This document shows positions 8,175 to 18,411 of a stretch of 64,000 nucleotides of DNA, in pieces. The notes below the pieces were generated by a model. It was not told where the DNA came from. It ran no database searches and saw nothing but the letters and a program-made list of their open reading frames with translations. Source of the stretch: Treponema sp. (lineage in GTDB: Bacteria > Spirochaetota > Spirochaetia > Treponematales > Treponemataceae); contig JAKSTG010000015.1 in NCBI GenBank assembly GCA_024402695.1, positions 4,142 to 68,141 of the forward strand, given 5' to 3'. The number at the start of each line of letters is the position of its first letter. The first letter of the stretch is position 1. Both the position numbers and the translations under genes were made by a program.

Positions 8175-9335
8175 TTATTTTTCCATTTTTCCTTCAATAA
8201 CTTCTACGTCGTAAACTTCGTCTCCAGCTTCACGCATACGAATCATTTTTTTATGGTTGAAGAAGTATGTACCGAAGTCTGAAGAGTTTCCTGCGTTTAC
8301 TGTTCCGTGTGCAGTAACTTTGATTTCGTTTGCGAAAACTGTTTCAATGTTTGCATCAGCAAAGAGTTTTTCGATTTTCTTTGCATCTTTTGGGATTGTT
8401 GGGTCCAAATTATCTTTCTTTACTGTCTCAGCAAATCCGTAAAGGTCAGCGCGAGTTGCTTCTTTTTCACCGTTTCCGTCCAGGTCATATCTTTTTTCTG
8501 CTACGATATCAGCTGCAGATGGTCCACCGTATACCAGTTCAGTTCCGCTTGTTTTTTCATCACGTTTTGGCTGGTAAAGACCAATAATCTGTTTTCCGGC
8601 TTTTACTGGAACTTTGATTGTGTTGCCTTTTTTTACTTCAAGCTTTTTGAATACCATTGTGTCTGAAACAACGTAGCTTCCACCAACTTTGTTATTTTCT
8701 GCTGTATTACCGTCTTTGTCTGCTTTTGGATCCAGAGGCCAGATTTCTGTAATTGTGTAGTCACCGTTTGTGTAAACAGAGGTTGATACTGGTTCATCAT
8801 TTGTAATAGTAACAACACCAACTGGTGCAATTACTTCTGGGTATTTTTCAAGTTTTACTCTTGTAACACGTTCCTGGAATACTGCAAAACGTCCGCGAAC
8901 ATCATATTTTGTAAGGTCAAAAGCTTCTTTTTTTCCAGTTTCAGGATTTTTCTGACTTTTATTAGTTCCTTCCAGACGAGTGTAAAGAACTACAACTTTT
9001 GAAGCCTCATTAAAGAGTCCTTTGAAATCGAAACAAACATTTTTTTCATCATCAAGTTTAGCAACAGGCTGTTTATCAAGGACAATACCATTTTCATCTG
9101 TCCAAAGGAACCAACCGTTCTGCTTATTTTCAACATCAAATCCATCTTTTGGCATGAGGATTACACGACCTGAAATTGTATAGTCTGGATCTTTGCTAGT
9201 GAGTGAAGCTTTTGAAGTGTCATTAGCCCAAGATTTTCCATCATTTTTAAGAGCATCTTTTGCAAGCATGTCACATGATGCCAATCCCATAATCATTGCA
9301 GCAGCTGCAATAATAGTAATCAGTGTTTTCTTCAT
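8175..9335 (-). CDS. hypothetical lipoprotein
   Basis: Starts MKKTLITIIAAAAMIMGLASC, with a lipobox. No family recognised. Confidence 0.75.
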   Translation of the reverse strand: MKKTLITIIAAAAMIMGLASCDMLAKDALKNDGKSWANDTSKASLTSKDPDYTISGRVILMPKDGFDVENKQNGWFLWTDENGIVLDKQPVAKLDDEKNVCFDFKGLFNEASKVVVLYTRLEGTNKSQKNPETGKKEAFDLTKYDVRGRFAVFQERVTRVKLEKYPEVIAPVGVVTITNDEPVSTSVYTNGDYTITEIWPLDPKADKDGNTAENNKVGGSYVVSDTMVFKKLEVKKGNTIKVPVKAGKQIIGLYQPKRDEKTSGTELVYGGPSAADIVAEKRYDLDGNGEKEATRADLYGFAETVKKDNLDPTIPKDAKKIEKLFADANIETVFANEIKVTAHGTVNAGNSSDFGTYFFNHKKMIRMREAGDEVYDVEVIEGKMEK

Positions 9336-9444
9336 AAAATTTTCTCCTAATTAATTATGAAAGTAATAATATCTGTATTATATCAATTATCTCTAATATG
9401 TCTAGAGAATTGGGGATTTTTTTATAATATGAACATTTTTTATA

Positions 9445-11043
9445 TTAAAAAAGTTTTCTGCATACATTTTCTCCATCCATTGCAGAGCTTACAATGCCAC
9501 CGGCATAGCCGCTTCCTTCCCCGCAAGGGTAAAGGCCGGGAAGTTCCGGGCATTCAAGGCTTTCTTTGTCCCTGAGGATTCTGACGGGAGTACTGGTTCT
9601 GGTTTCCATGGCAATCATAAGGGCGTCGTCACAGATGTAGCCTTTCATGTTGCGGTCAAAGTTTTTGAAGCCCTGGCGCAGGCGGTCTGCAATTGACGAA
9701 GGAATCCACTGGTCCAGACGGGATGAAACAATGCCTGGTGTGTAGCTGGTTTTTGGGAATTCTTCTGACTTTCTTCTATACATAAAGTCAGTCATCATCT
9801 GGGCGGGAGCTTTCTGGCCTTCGCCTGCGTTTTTTGTAAGCTTTTCCAGGTGGTCGCGGAAGTAAAGTCCAGCAAGGGCAGGGCAGCCTTCTTTTTTTGC
9901 CCGTTCAGTAAAGGTTTGCGGAATATCTTCAGGCCTTGTTTCCACAACTATGGCCGCATTGGACCACAGACTGTTGCGGTTCTTGTTGCTCATGCCGTTT
10001 ACGACAATTTCATCAGGGCCTGTCTGGCTTGGAACAACAAAGCCACCTGGACACATGCAGAAGCTGTAAACGCCGCGGTCTTCAACCTGGGTTACAAGGC
10101 GGTATTCTGCTGCCCCAAGATTTTCGGCTTTTTCAGATTTTCCGTGGAACTGAATTGAATCGATAATCTTTCTTGGGTGCTCAACGCGTACCCCAACGGC
10201 AAAAGTTTTGGCTTCAAGAGAGGCAGGGCTTGTTTCCGCAATCATTCTGTAAATGTCGCTGGCGCTGTGGCCTGTGGCAAGAACGACGGCGTCTCCTTTG
10301 AAGGATTTTGTTTCTCTTGTGTAAAGATCAAGGGCTGTAACCCCGGTAACCTTTTTGTTTTCTATAATCAGCTCAGTAACTTTTGTGTTGAAGTGGAATT
10401 CGCCGCCCAGCTCAACAATCTTGTTTCTCATGTTCATGATGATCTGAGGCAAGGCGTCTGTCCCGATGTGAGGGTGGGCGTCTGTAAGGATTTTTGGATC
10501 GGCTCCGAAATTCACAAAGATTTTAAGAATTCTGGTGATGTTTCCGCGTTTGTTGCTGCGGGTATAAAGCTTTCCGTCTGAAAAAGTTCCGGCTCCACCT
10601 TCTCCAAAGCAGTAGTTGGAGTTTGAATCAACTGTCTGTTTTGTGGAGATTGCCGCAATGGTGCGTTTTCTTTCCGGGGCTGCTTCTCCCCGTTCAATAA
10701 TCACAGGTTTTATGCCTTTTTCCAGCAGAGTAAGGGCGCCGAAAAGGCCTGCAGGGCCGGAACCAACAATAATGGCAGTTTTATGGCCGTCTGCTTTTTT
10801 CCATTCCGGCAGTTTATCTTCATCATTTTCGGATATATCTTCTCCGATAAAAACGCTATACTTAATATGGAGTTTTAAGCCTCCGTGGCGGGCATCTACA
10901 GATTTCTTTTCCTGAACGTATTTTACGTCCTCTTTCTGAAAGTCGATGCGTTTTGCGTTCAATTCGCGGAAAATCAGTTTTCTGATGAGGTCAGAGCTTT
11001 TTTCCTGTTCCGGTTTTAATGTGATAGAAACGGTTGTTTTCAT
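9445..11043 (-). CDS. FAD-dependent oxidoreductase (COG2509-like)
   Basis: Dinucleotide-binding motif IIVGSGPAGLFGAL in a 532-aa protein with the architecture of the uncharacterised FAD-dependent dehydrogenase family. Confidence 0.8.
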   Translation of the reverse strand: MKTTVSITLKPEQEKSSDLIRKLIFRELNAKRIDFQKEDVKYVQEKKSVDARHGGLKLHIKYSVFIGEDISENDEDKLPEWKKADGHKTAIIVGSGPAGLFGALTLLEKGIKPVIIERGEAAPERKRTIAAISTKQTVDSNSNYCFGEGGAGTFSDGKLYTRSNKRGNITRILKIFVNFGADPKILTDAHPHIGTDALPQIIMNMRNKIVELGGEFHFNTKVTELIIENKKVTGVTALDLYTRETKSFKGDAVVLATGHSASDIYRMIAETSPASLEAKTFAVGVRVEHPRKIIDSIQFHGKSEKAENLGAAEYRLVTQVEDRGVYSFCMCPGGFVVPSQTGPDEIVVNGMSNKNRNSLWSNAAIVVETRPEDIPQTFTERAKKEGCPALAGLYFRDHLEKLTKNAGEGQKAPAQMMTDFMYRRKSEEFPKTSYTPGIVSSRLDQWIPSSIADRLRQGFKNFDRNMKGYICDDALMIAMETRTSTPVRILRDKESLECPELPGLYPCGEGSGYAGGIVSSAMDGENVCRKLF

Positions 11044-11192
11044 GGGGAAAGTATAGCGGATATACTGACTTAGCGGAATATTTCGGTTTTTCGTAATTTA
11101 AGAATATTTGTTTCTCTATAACAGTTTTTTAGAAATAATAACTGTATTTTTTTGAACATAAAAAGGTTTATTTTTATATTAGGATATAGATT

Positions 11193-12497
11193 ATGAAAAA
11201 ATGTTTGTTTATCTTTGCAATGCTTCTGATGGCTGGTTTTGCCTTTGCAGAAGAACTTACAGTAACTGTAGAACAGGCTGTTGAACTGGCCATGCAGAAT
11301 AATATTCAGGTAAAGCAGGCCGGAAGAACTCTTGCTTCTGCTGAACGTGCCAATAAGAATTCATGGAATTCAGTAAGTCCGAGTCTGAGTGCAAATGTTC
11401 AGATGCAGATTCCACTTATGGAAAAACAGAGAGAAATGGATGTGAATTATTCTGTTTCAATTTCTGGTTCTGCCAGCTTAAGATTACATCCTTCTTTATA
11501 TTCAAGTATAAAAGGGGCAAAACTTCAGCTGGAACAGGGACAGATTACTTATGAAGATGCCCTGCGCTCAGTTGAGCTGAATGTAAGAAAGATCTTTTAC
11601 AGCCTGATTCTTTCGGAACAGACAATTGAAACTCAGAAACGCAGTGTGGAAGCGGCAAAACGTCAGTATGAAACAAATCTTGCAAAATACAATCGTGGTC
11701 AGCTTTCGGAACTGGACCTTTTTTCAAGCCAAGTAAACTACGAATCAAAAATGCCTGCTGTTGAAAGTCAGGAAAATCAGCTGGTAAACAGCATGGAAAG
11801 TTTTAAGCAGCTCCTTGGCGTAAACCGTGATGTAAAACTGAATCTTAAGGGAAGTCTTGAAGGCTTTGAAAAATTCGACGAAGAAAAGGTTCAGATAAAT
11901 CTTTCAAATTCTTCGGCTATTAAAAAAATTGAAAAGCAGATTGAAGCCGCAGAAAATCAGCTTCTGGCAACAAGGTTTTCAGCCTGGGGCCCAAGTTTAA
12001 GTGCAAGTTATCAGGTTGGCGTTGGAAATGCTATGGGAAATACTTCTGGTGCAATGGCAACAGGAAGAAAGAATATTGAACTTTCCAGTCATGCCATCTC
12101 TCTTGGTGTTTCCATTCCACTGGACGGCTACCTTCCATGGACAACAGGTCCAATGAACATTGCTAACCAGAAAGACAGTCTTGAAACACTTAAGGAAAGT
12201 CTTGAAGCTCAGAAAAGAACAACTCAGCTTTCTATAGAAAACAGTCTTCGTACAATCCGTCAGGCCCAGAGCCAGATGAAGAGTCTTGAAGGAACTGTGG
12301 CTTTAGCACAGAAAACTTATGATCTTACACAGAATGCATATAATCAGGGATCCCGGGATCTGAACTCTCTTCGCAATGCAGAAGACAGTCTCATTTCGGC
12401 AAAAACACAGCTCCAGAGTCAGAACTATACTTTAGTAAATGCAATTCTGGAACTTGAAAATACACTGGGAGTTCCTTTCGGCACATTAAGTAAATAG
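11193..12497 (+). CDS. TolC-family outer membrane protein
   Basis: Signal peptide followed by two OEP repeats (LTVEQAVELAMQNN...). It is the first gene of an RND efflux operon. Confidence 0.9.
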   Translation: MKKCLFIFAMLLMAGFAFAEELTVTVEQAVELAMQNNIQVKQAGRTLASAERANKNSWNSVSPSLSANVQMQIPLMEKQREMDVNYSVSISGSASLRLHPSLYSSIKGAKLQLEQGQITYEDALRSVELNVRKIFYSLILSEQTIETQKRSVEAAKRQYETNLAKYNRGQLSELDLFSSQVNYESKMPAVESQENQLVNSMESFKQLLGVNRDVKLNLKGSLEGFEKFDEEKVQINLSNSSAIKKIEKQIEAAENQLLATRFSAWGPSLSASYQVGVGNAMGNTSGAMATGRKNIELSSHAISLGVSIPLDGYLPWTTGPMNIANQKDSLETLKESLEAQKRTTQLSIENSLRTIRQAQSQMKSLEGTVALAQKTYDLTQNAYNQGSRDLNSLRNAEDSLISAKTQLQSQNYTLVNAILELENTLGVPFGTLSK

Positions 12498-12521
12498 GAT
12501 ACAGAAAAGAGGAATATACAA

Positions 12522-13532
12522 ATGAAAAAAAATCTGAAGACTTTAATTATCGTTTTGGTTCTGCTCATTGTAACAGCAGGAATTGTTTTCTTTTTGATGA
12601 AAGGAAAAGATAAAAAGAAAGGCGGCTTTGGCGGAGGCTGGGGCGGGTTTGGTGGTTTTGGCGGAGGTCAGACCTATTCTGTAAAAACATACGAAGCTAC
12701 AGAATCAGTTCTTCATGATTATGTTATGACAAACGGTGAAGTTGAATGCATGAACTCAGCCCAGGTTTTCCCTTCAATCGGCGGAAAGGTTGTTGAAGTA
12801 AAGGTTTCACTTGGATCAAAAGTTTCAAAAGGTGATGTTATTGCAAAAATTGACCCTTCAACAGCAGGAAGCTACTATACACTGTCTTCTGTAACAGCTC
12901 CAATTTCTGGAAGTATTCTTCAGGCTCCAAGCAAGGTTGGAAACCAGGTTGCCGCAAGTACAATCATTACAACAATCGGAGATATTGAAAACCTTCAGTG
13001 TACTGCAAAGATTCCTGAACGTTATGTTGCTTCCCTTAAGCCTGGCCTTAAAGCAGAAGTTACACTGGAAGCTTATCCTGATGTGATTTTTACAGCTAAA
13101 GTAAAAAATGTTTCTCCTGTCCTTGATGCTGCAACCCGTACAAAATCAGTTGTTCTTGTTTTTGATACAAAAGACGAAAGAATCAATGCCGGTATGTTTG
13201 CCCGCGTAAAACTTTATACACTTGATTATGCAGGCGAACTGGTTGTTCCAGAAAAGGCTCTTGTTACAAACAATGATGATAGATACATCTTTACTGTAAA
13301 CGATGACGAAACAGTTACAAAGAATATGGTAACTGTTGGAAAATCAGTAGACGGAATGATTCAGGTTATTACAGGAATTAAAAAAGGAGACAAGGTTGTA
13401 AACGAAGGTATGCTTCAGCTCTTTGACGGCGCCAAAATCCGTGACATTACAAACGGTATGCCGGCAGAAGAAAAATCAGCCTTTGGAGAAGGAAAGCCTG
13501 GTGAAGGATTTCCGGGAGCTGGAGGCAGATAA
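12522..13532 (+). CDS. RND efflux periplasmic adaptor subunit
   Basis: N-terminal TM segment, a Gly/Phe-rich linker (GGFGGGWGGFGGFGGG), and biotinyl-lipoyl and beta-barrel adaptor motifs. Confidence 0.88.
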   Translation: MKKNLKTLIIVLVLLIVTAGIVFFLMKGKDKKKGGFGGGWGGFGGFGGGQTYSVKTYEATESVLHDYVMTNGEVECMNSAQVFPSIGGKVVEVKVSLGSKVSKGDVIAKIDPSTAGSYYTLSSVTAPISGSILQAPSKVGNQVAASTIITTIGDIENLQCTAKIPERYVASLKPGLKAEVTLEAYPDVIFTAKVKNVSPVLDAATRTKSVVLVFDTKDERINAGMFARVKLYTLDYAGELVVPEKALVTNNDDRYIFTVNDDETVTKNMVTVGKSVDGMIQVITGIKKGDKVVNEGMLQLFDGAKIRDITNGMPAEEKSAFGEGKPGEGFPGAGGR

Positions 13533-16500
13533 TGAGTCTTTCCAGAAAAAATCTTGATCATCCGGTTCTGGTGCTGATTGTTTTTGCAATCCTTTTTGCA
13601 CTTGGAATCTTTACAATCAGAAATGTTGCAGTTGCTCTTATGCCTGAAACAGATAACCCGTATCTTTCTGTTTCAACTTCGTATCCGAATGCGGGACCGG
13701 AATCTGTCGAAAAAACAGTAACTCAATTAATTGAAGGTTCCCTGGTTTCTTTAAATAATCTGAAAAAAATTACATCGACAAGTTCCGAAGGAAGCTCCAG
13801 TGTTTCTCTGGAATTCAACTATGGAACTGACCTTGATGAAGCTGTTCAGGATATCCGCGATAAGCTTGACCGTGTAAAGCGAATGCTTCCTGATAATGCC
13901 GGAACTCCTTCGATAATGCGCTTTAGTACAGATTCAATGCCAATTATGCGTATCCTGGTTCGAGGAAACCGTTCTGTAAACGACCTTGCCCAGATTGCGG
14001 AAGATACAATTACAGATGTTCTTGAACAGGCTGACGGGGTCGGTGAAGCAAGTGTAATGGGTGGGCGCACAGCTCAGGTAAATGTTGAACTTGAACAGAA
14101 CCGCATGAGTGCTTACGGATTTACTGTAAGTCAGGTAATGGGTGCTTTGGCACGCCAGAACCTGGAACTTGGTGGCGGTAAGGTTGAAGACGGAAACAAA
14201 AACTACGTTGTTCGCACAATGGGTGAGTTTTCTTCCATTGAAGATATTAATAATGTAATCATCGCAACTGTAAACGGATACCAGGTTCGTCTTCGTGACC
14301 TCGGTACTGCAACTATGGGCTATGCCGATTCAAACCGTGAAGCTTACATCAATGGTGAACCTGGTGTTTACATTTCAATTACAAAACAGAGCGGAACAAA
14401 CAGTGTTAATGTTGCCAATGAAGTTTATAAGAAAATTGATCAGGTAAAGAAAACTCTGCCTTCCGACATGACTCTGGAAATCATTTCAGATGATACCGAA
14501 CAGATTCGTGATACAATCAGCATTCTGGTTGAATCACTGGTTGAAGGACTTATTCTTGCCATTATAGTTCTGTTTGTGTTCCTTCAGAACTTCAAGAGTA
14601 CAATCATCATTGGTATTTCTATTCCACTTTCTGTTGTTATTACACTTTTTGCCATGAGTATGTTCGGAATCACTTTGAATATGATGACTCTTACAGGTCT
14701 TATTCTTGGTATAGGTATGATTGTAGACGCCTCAATCGTTATGATTGATAACATCTATGCGTACCGGCAACGAGGTGCAAAAGCAAAGATTGCCGCCATT
14801 CTTGGTTCACAGGAAATGGTTGCATCAGTTTTGTCCGGAAACCTTACTACAATCTGTGTATTCATTCCGTTCCTTTTCTACATGGCTGATCTTGGAATGA
14901 TGGGACAGATGTTCAAAGGAATTATCTTTACAATCGTAATTGCTCTGCTGTCATCTCTGGCAGTTGCGGTTTTCCTGGTTCCTGTTCTGGCCGGTAAATT
15001 CCTGCCACTTTCCAACAGACTGGAAAAGCCTGTAACAAATCCTGTTTTGAAAGTAATCTACGGATTTTTCGAGATGATTATTCAGGCTGTTACAAAGTTC
15101 TATAAAAAGATTCTTACACTGGCCATGAATAACCGTCTGGTAACAATTGTTGGCTCTGTGTGTCTTCTGATTATTTCTCTTTCCCTTATTCCAACTATGC
15201 AGATCAATATGGGTGGCGGTGGCGGAGGAGATTCTTCTATTACATTGAATCTTAACATGGCTATTGGTACGCCAATGGAAGAAACCAAGATTCAGGTTTT
15301 GAAGATGGAAGAAATCTGTAAAAACGAACTGAAAGGTTATAAGAATATTTCTACAACAATCGGTGGTGGCCGTGGAAGCGGTGGAACAAACCGCGGAAGT
15401 ATCGAAATTACAATTGATACCGATGATCCTAAAGCTATGACTGCAACTGAAATGCAGAATGTGCTTCGCCCGCACTTTGCAGAATTTGCCGGAGCAAAAT
15501 GGAACTTCCGTGCAGGCTGGGGTGGACAGATGTTCGGTAGTGACTTTAATATAGCTATCCGTTCCGATGACCTGGATGCAGCTATGAATGTGGCCGATCA
15601 GATTGCCGATGTAATAAGCGGACTTCCTGAATGTTCTGAGCCAAATATCAGCCTTGATAAGGGACTTCCACAGGTTGAAATTGTAATTGACCGTGAACGT
15701 GCCTATCAGTTTGGTGTAGATGTAAATACTGTTGCTAACGAAATCAAATATGCCATTGATGGTGTTACAGCTTCTACTTATCGTAATAATGGTAAAGATT
15801 ACAGCATTGTAATCCGCTATCAGCCTGAAGATCGCAAGTCTTTGACAAACCTGGAAAATATTTATGTCCGCGGAAACGGTGGAATGGTCAGTGTTGCAAA
15901 CTTTGCTAAAATCGAGAAAGGTCTTGGACCTGTTTCAATCAGCCGCGAAAACCGTACTCGTATTATTCGTGTTACTGCTTCGAACCGTTCTGAACTTAAT
16001 GCAAACGTTGTTGAAGAAAAGATTAAGGAAGGTATTGCAAATACTTTCATTATTCCTGAAGGTGTAACAGTTAGTTACGAAGGTTCATGGAATGATACAA
16101 TGAACAACATGAAGCTTTTTGCCGGAATCATTCTTATGGCCATCCTGATGGTATTCGGTGTTATGGCTGCAACTTATGAATCTTTCAAGGCTCCGTTTAT
16201 CAACCTCCTTACAATTCCGTTCCTCATTATTGGTGTGCTTTTCCTGTTCAAGCTGACAGGAACTCCGCTCAGTATTATTTCAATGGTCGGCGTCGTTATG
16301 CTGGTCGGAATTGTTGTTAATAATGGTATCATTCTTGTTGACTATACAAACCTGCTTCGTGCCCGTGGACTTTCAATGAAAGACGCCTGTATCGAAGCCG
16401 GAGTTTCTCGTCTTCGACCAGTTCTTATGACAACCCTTACAACAATTCTTGGTATGCTTCCAATGTGTTTTGCTACAGAAGGAATGGCAGCCTTTGTTCG

Positions 16501-16678
16501 CCCAATCGGTATGGCCGTTGTAGGTGGTCTTACATCTTCAACATTGGTTACACTTCTGGTAATTCCTGTTGTTTACAGCGTAGTTATGGGGTCAAGAAAA
16601 GATAAGGCTGGAAATACACAGCCTGTACCGGTAGAAAAGACTGAAGAAACTTCAGAAAAAGGGGATTCAGAATGTTAA
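13532..16678 (+). CDS. RND efflux transporter permease (AcrB/HAE1-like)
   Basis: The 1048-aa protein has 12 TM segments and two large periplasmic loops. The ATGA overlap with the adaptor gene indicates coupling. Confidence 0.93.
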   Translation: MSLSRKNLDHPVLVLIVFAILFALGIFTIRNVAVALMPETDNPYLSVSTSYPNAGPESVEKTVTQLIEGSLVSLNNLKKITSTSSEGSSSVSLEFNYGTDLDEAVQDIRDKLDRVKRMLPDNAGTPSIMRFSTDSMPIMRILVRGNRSVNDLAQIAEDTITDVLEQADGVGEASVMGGRTAQVNVELEQNRMSAYGFTVSQVMGALARQNLELGGGKVEDGNKNYVVRTMGEFSSIEDINNVIIATVNGYQVRLRDLGTATMGYADSNREAYINGEPGVYISITKQSGTNSVNVANEVYKKIDQVKKTLPSDMTLEIISDDTEQIRDTISILVESLVEGLILAIIVLFVFLQNFKSTIIIGISIPLSVVITLFAMSMFGITLNMMTLTGLILGIGMIVDASIVMIDNIYAYRQRGAKAKIAAILGSQEMVASVLSGNLTTICVFIPFLFYMADLGMMGQMFKGIIFTIVIALLSSLAVAVFLVPVLAGKFLPLSNRLEKPVTNPVLKVIYGFFEMIIQAVTKFYKKILTLAMNNRLVTIVGSVCLLIISLSLIPTMQINMGGGGGGDSSITLNLNMAIGTPMEETKIQVLKMEEICKNELKGYKNISTTIGGGRGSGGTNRGSIEITIDTDDPKAMTATEMQNVLRPHFAEFAGAKWNFRAGWGGQMFGSDFNIAIRSDDLDAAMNVADQIADVISGLPECSEPNISLDKGLPQVEIVIDRERAYQFGVDVNTVANEIKYAIDGVTASTYRNNGKDYSIVIRYQPEDRKSLTNLENIYVRGNGGMVSVANFAKIEKGLGPVSISRENRTRIIRVTASNRSELNANVVEEKIKEGIANTFIIPEGVTVSYEGSWNDTMNNMKLFAGIILMAILMVFGVMAATYESFKAPFINLLTIPFLIIGVLFLFKLTGTPLSIISMVGVVMLVGIVVNNGIILVDYTNLLRARGLSMKDACIEAGVSRLRPVLMTTLTTILGMLPMCFATEGMAAFVRPIGMAVVGGLTSSTLVTLLVIPVVYSVVMGSRKDKAGNTQPVPVEKTEETSEKGDSEC

Positions 16679-16959
16679 GAATTGAAATCATTGCTAACCA
16701 GTCTGTAGAAGACGATATTATTGAAAGAATTGAAACAGAACTGCCGGATCTGGAATATACAATCCTGCCTGGAGTTCACGGAAAGGGAAAATCATCCCAC
16801 AAATTAGGAAACAACATCTGGCCGGAAGAGAATTTCCTTCTGTTTACATACACAGATGAGGGCACTGCGGCAAAAATTAAAGAAATTGTAACAGCCGTAA
16901 AGACCCGTTTCCCAAGGGAAGGAATTTCGATTTTCGGAACTCCAGCCATAGATTTGTAA
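16672..16959 (+). CDS. small PII-like transporter-associated protein
   Basis: The 95-aa ORF has its ATG 7 nt inside the end of the RND gene. The pattern MLRIEIIAN...VHGKG...FTYTDE...IF resembles PII/DUF3240-type proteins found after RND pumps. The function call is tentative. Confidence 0.6.
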   Translation: MLRIEIIANQSVEDDIIERIETELPDLEYTILPGVHGKGKSSHKLGNNIWPEENFLLFTYTDEGTAAKIKEIVTAVKTRFPREGISIFGTPAIDL

Positions 16960-17098
16960 TGGCGTATTAAAAACAATGAAATAACCCACGTTTTGTAAAA
17001 AAGCGAAAATGAGACGTAACAGCAGAAACTAACGCGAGGGAACAACACGTGCCGTTAGAAAACATTAAGACTAAAGAAATGGCACCCTTGCTAGAAAA

Positions 17099-17211
17099 TT
17101 CGAAAACGGGACGCAGCGAATCGTGACAAAGCGGCATCCCGCAGTGAGCTTGCGAACGAGGACTTATGCCGCTACTGGCACGAATTCGCGTTGCTGGGAC
17201 CCGTTTTCGAA
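17099..17211. repeat. long imperfect palindromic element B
   Basis: The left arm TTCGAAAACGGGACGCAGCGAATCGTG (17099-17125) pairs with the right arm CACGAATTCGCGTTGCTGGGACCCGTTTTCGAA (17179-17211). An inner hairpin joins AGCGGCAT (17130-17137) and ATGCCGCT (17166-17173). The interior contains a TGAGCTTGCGAACGAGG module. Confidence 0.75.
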
Positions 17212-17266
17212 GATTTATATAAGTAAAAGTAAGTGCTATTTCTTTATATTTTAAACCTGAATTCCC

Positions 17267-17295
17267 TTGAATTCATTTTTGAAATTCTATAGAAT
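17267..17295 (+). promoter_or_regulatory. candidate rpsL promoter
   Basis: TTGAAT (17267-17272), 17-nt spacer, TAGAAT (17290-17295), about 65 nt upstream of rpsL. Confidence 0.5.
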
Positions 17296-17360
17296 TATCA
17301 AACTACTATATGTTTATTCTTTCCGGGGTGCTGACCGGAATAAAAATAGGAGAATAGGCG

Positions 17361-17735
17361 ATGCCTACAATTAATCAGTTAATCCGTCAGGGTCGTAAAT
17401 CTGCAGCTAACAGAACAAAAGCTCCCGCACTTGAAGCCTGTCCGCAGAAACGTGGCGTTTGTACACGTGTAATGACTCAGACACCTAAAAAACCGAACTC
17501 AGCTCTTCGTAAGATTGCTCGTGTTCGCCTTTCAAATGGTACAGAAGTAACAGCTTACATTCCTGGTATTGGACACAACCTCCAGGAACACTCAGTTGTA
17601 TTGGTTCGTGGTGGACGTGTAAAGGACCTTCCTGGTGTACGCTACCATATCATCCGTGGTGCTAAAGATGCTCTTGGTGTAGAAGATCGCAAACGTGGTC
17701 GTTCTAAGTACGGTGCTAAGAGACCTAAGGCATAA
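17361..17735 (+). CDS. rpsL: 30S ribosomal protein S12
   Basis: MPTINQLIR...KRGVCTRV...[10 protein letters not shown] is an unmistakable S12 sequence. Confidence 0.98.
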   Translation: MPTINQLIRQGRKSAANRTKAPALEACPQKRGVCTRVMTQTPKKPNSALRKIARVRLSNGTEVTAYIPGIGHNLQEHSVVLVRGGRVKDLPGVRYHIIRGAKDALGVEDRKRGRSKYGAKRPKA

Positions 17736-17750
17736 TAGAGGAGGATTAAG

Positions 17751-18221
17751 ATGGGAAGACACAAGAAATCAATTAATCGTCCGCTGATGCCGGATGTAAA
17801 ATACAACTCAAAAGTTGTTTCAAAGTTTGTTTGCCGTATGATGCTCGATGGTAAAAAAGAAACATGTACAAAGATCATCTACGAAGCTATGGACAAACTG
17901 AAGGCTAAAACAGAAAAAGATCCACTGGAAGTTCTGCTTAAAGCTCTGGAAAATGTAAAACCAATGGTTGAAGTTAAATCTCGCCGCGTTGGTGGTGCTA
18001 CATACCAGGTTCCAGTAGAAATCCGTGATTCACGCCGCGAAGCTCTTGCTATGCGCTGGATCATCGATGCTGCACGTAACCGTTCAGGTCACGGAATGGC
18101 CGACACTCTCGCTTCTGAACTTTTGGATGCTTACAACAACACAGGTACAGCTTACAAGAAGAGAGAAGATACACACCGTATGGCTGAAGCTAACAAAGCT
18201 TTCGCTCACTTCAGATGGTAG
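17751..18221 (+). CDS. rpsG: 30S ribosomal protein S7
   Basis: Contains the [16 protein letters not shown] and [14 protein letters not shown] motifs of S7. Confidence 0.98.
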   Translation: MGRHKKSINRPLMPDVKYNSKVVSKFVCRMMLDGKKETCTKIIYEAMDKLKAKTEKDPLEVLLKALENVKPMVEVKSRRVGGATYQVPVEIRDSRREALAMRWIIDAARNRSGHGMADTLASELLDAYNNTGTAYKKREDTHRMAEANKAFAHFRW

Positions 18222-18257
18222 TTTAAGCCTTTTGGCTGCATAAATTACTACGGTAAG

Positions 18258-18289
18258 AAACGCTCCGTTTTTTCGGGGCGTTTTTTTTT
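18258..18289 (+). terminator. intrinsic terminator after rpsG
   Basis: AAACGCTCCG pairs with CGGGGCGTTT, followed by a 9-T run. Confidence 0.75.
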
Positions 18290-18322
18290 GCTCTTTTTTT
18301 GCGGGTGAAGGCGTTGAAGGCG

Positions 18323-18411
18323 GAGGGGGCTGTCCCCTTTGACGGATATTGCAGAGGGGACAGACCCCTTTGTTTTATGACGTTACAATGCAGAGGGGAC
18401 AGACCCATTTG
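18323..18411. repeat. REP-like cluster 1 (3 copies)
   Basis: 18323-18341 is GAGGGGGCTGTCCCCTTTG (variant). 18352-18372 is CAGAGGGGACAGACCCCTTTG (F). 18391-18411 is CAGAGGGGACAGACCCATTTG (F variant). Confidence 0.9.

Noticed and set aside
12600-12670. Tandem GGC/TTT-rich repeats in the adaptor gene (12600-12670), and GTCGAA x3 in rlpA (about 57421-57440).
   Set aside because: These are in-frame low-complexity linker coding (GFGG and STST tracts), not independent elements.
16960-17360. Possible tRNA, SRP RNA or other housekeeping RNA in the 400-bp gap before rpsL, and in the leaders at 6009-6094 and 27983-28079.
   Set aside because: No cloverleaf with a T-loop GTTCRA was found, no SRP domain IV GGAAGCAGCC-type motif, and no recognisable riboswitch core. 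These regions are left as unclassified structured elements rather than named RNAs.
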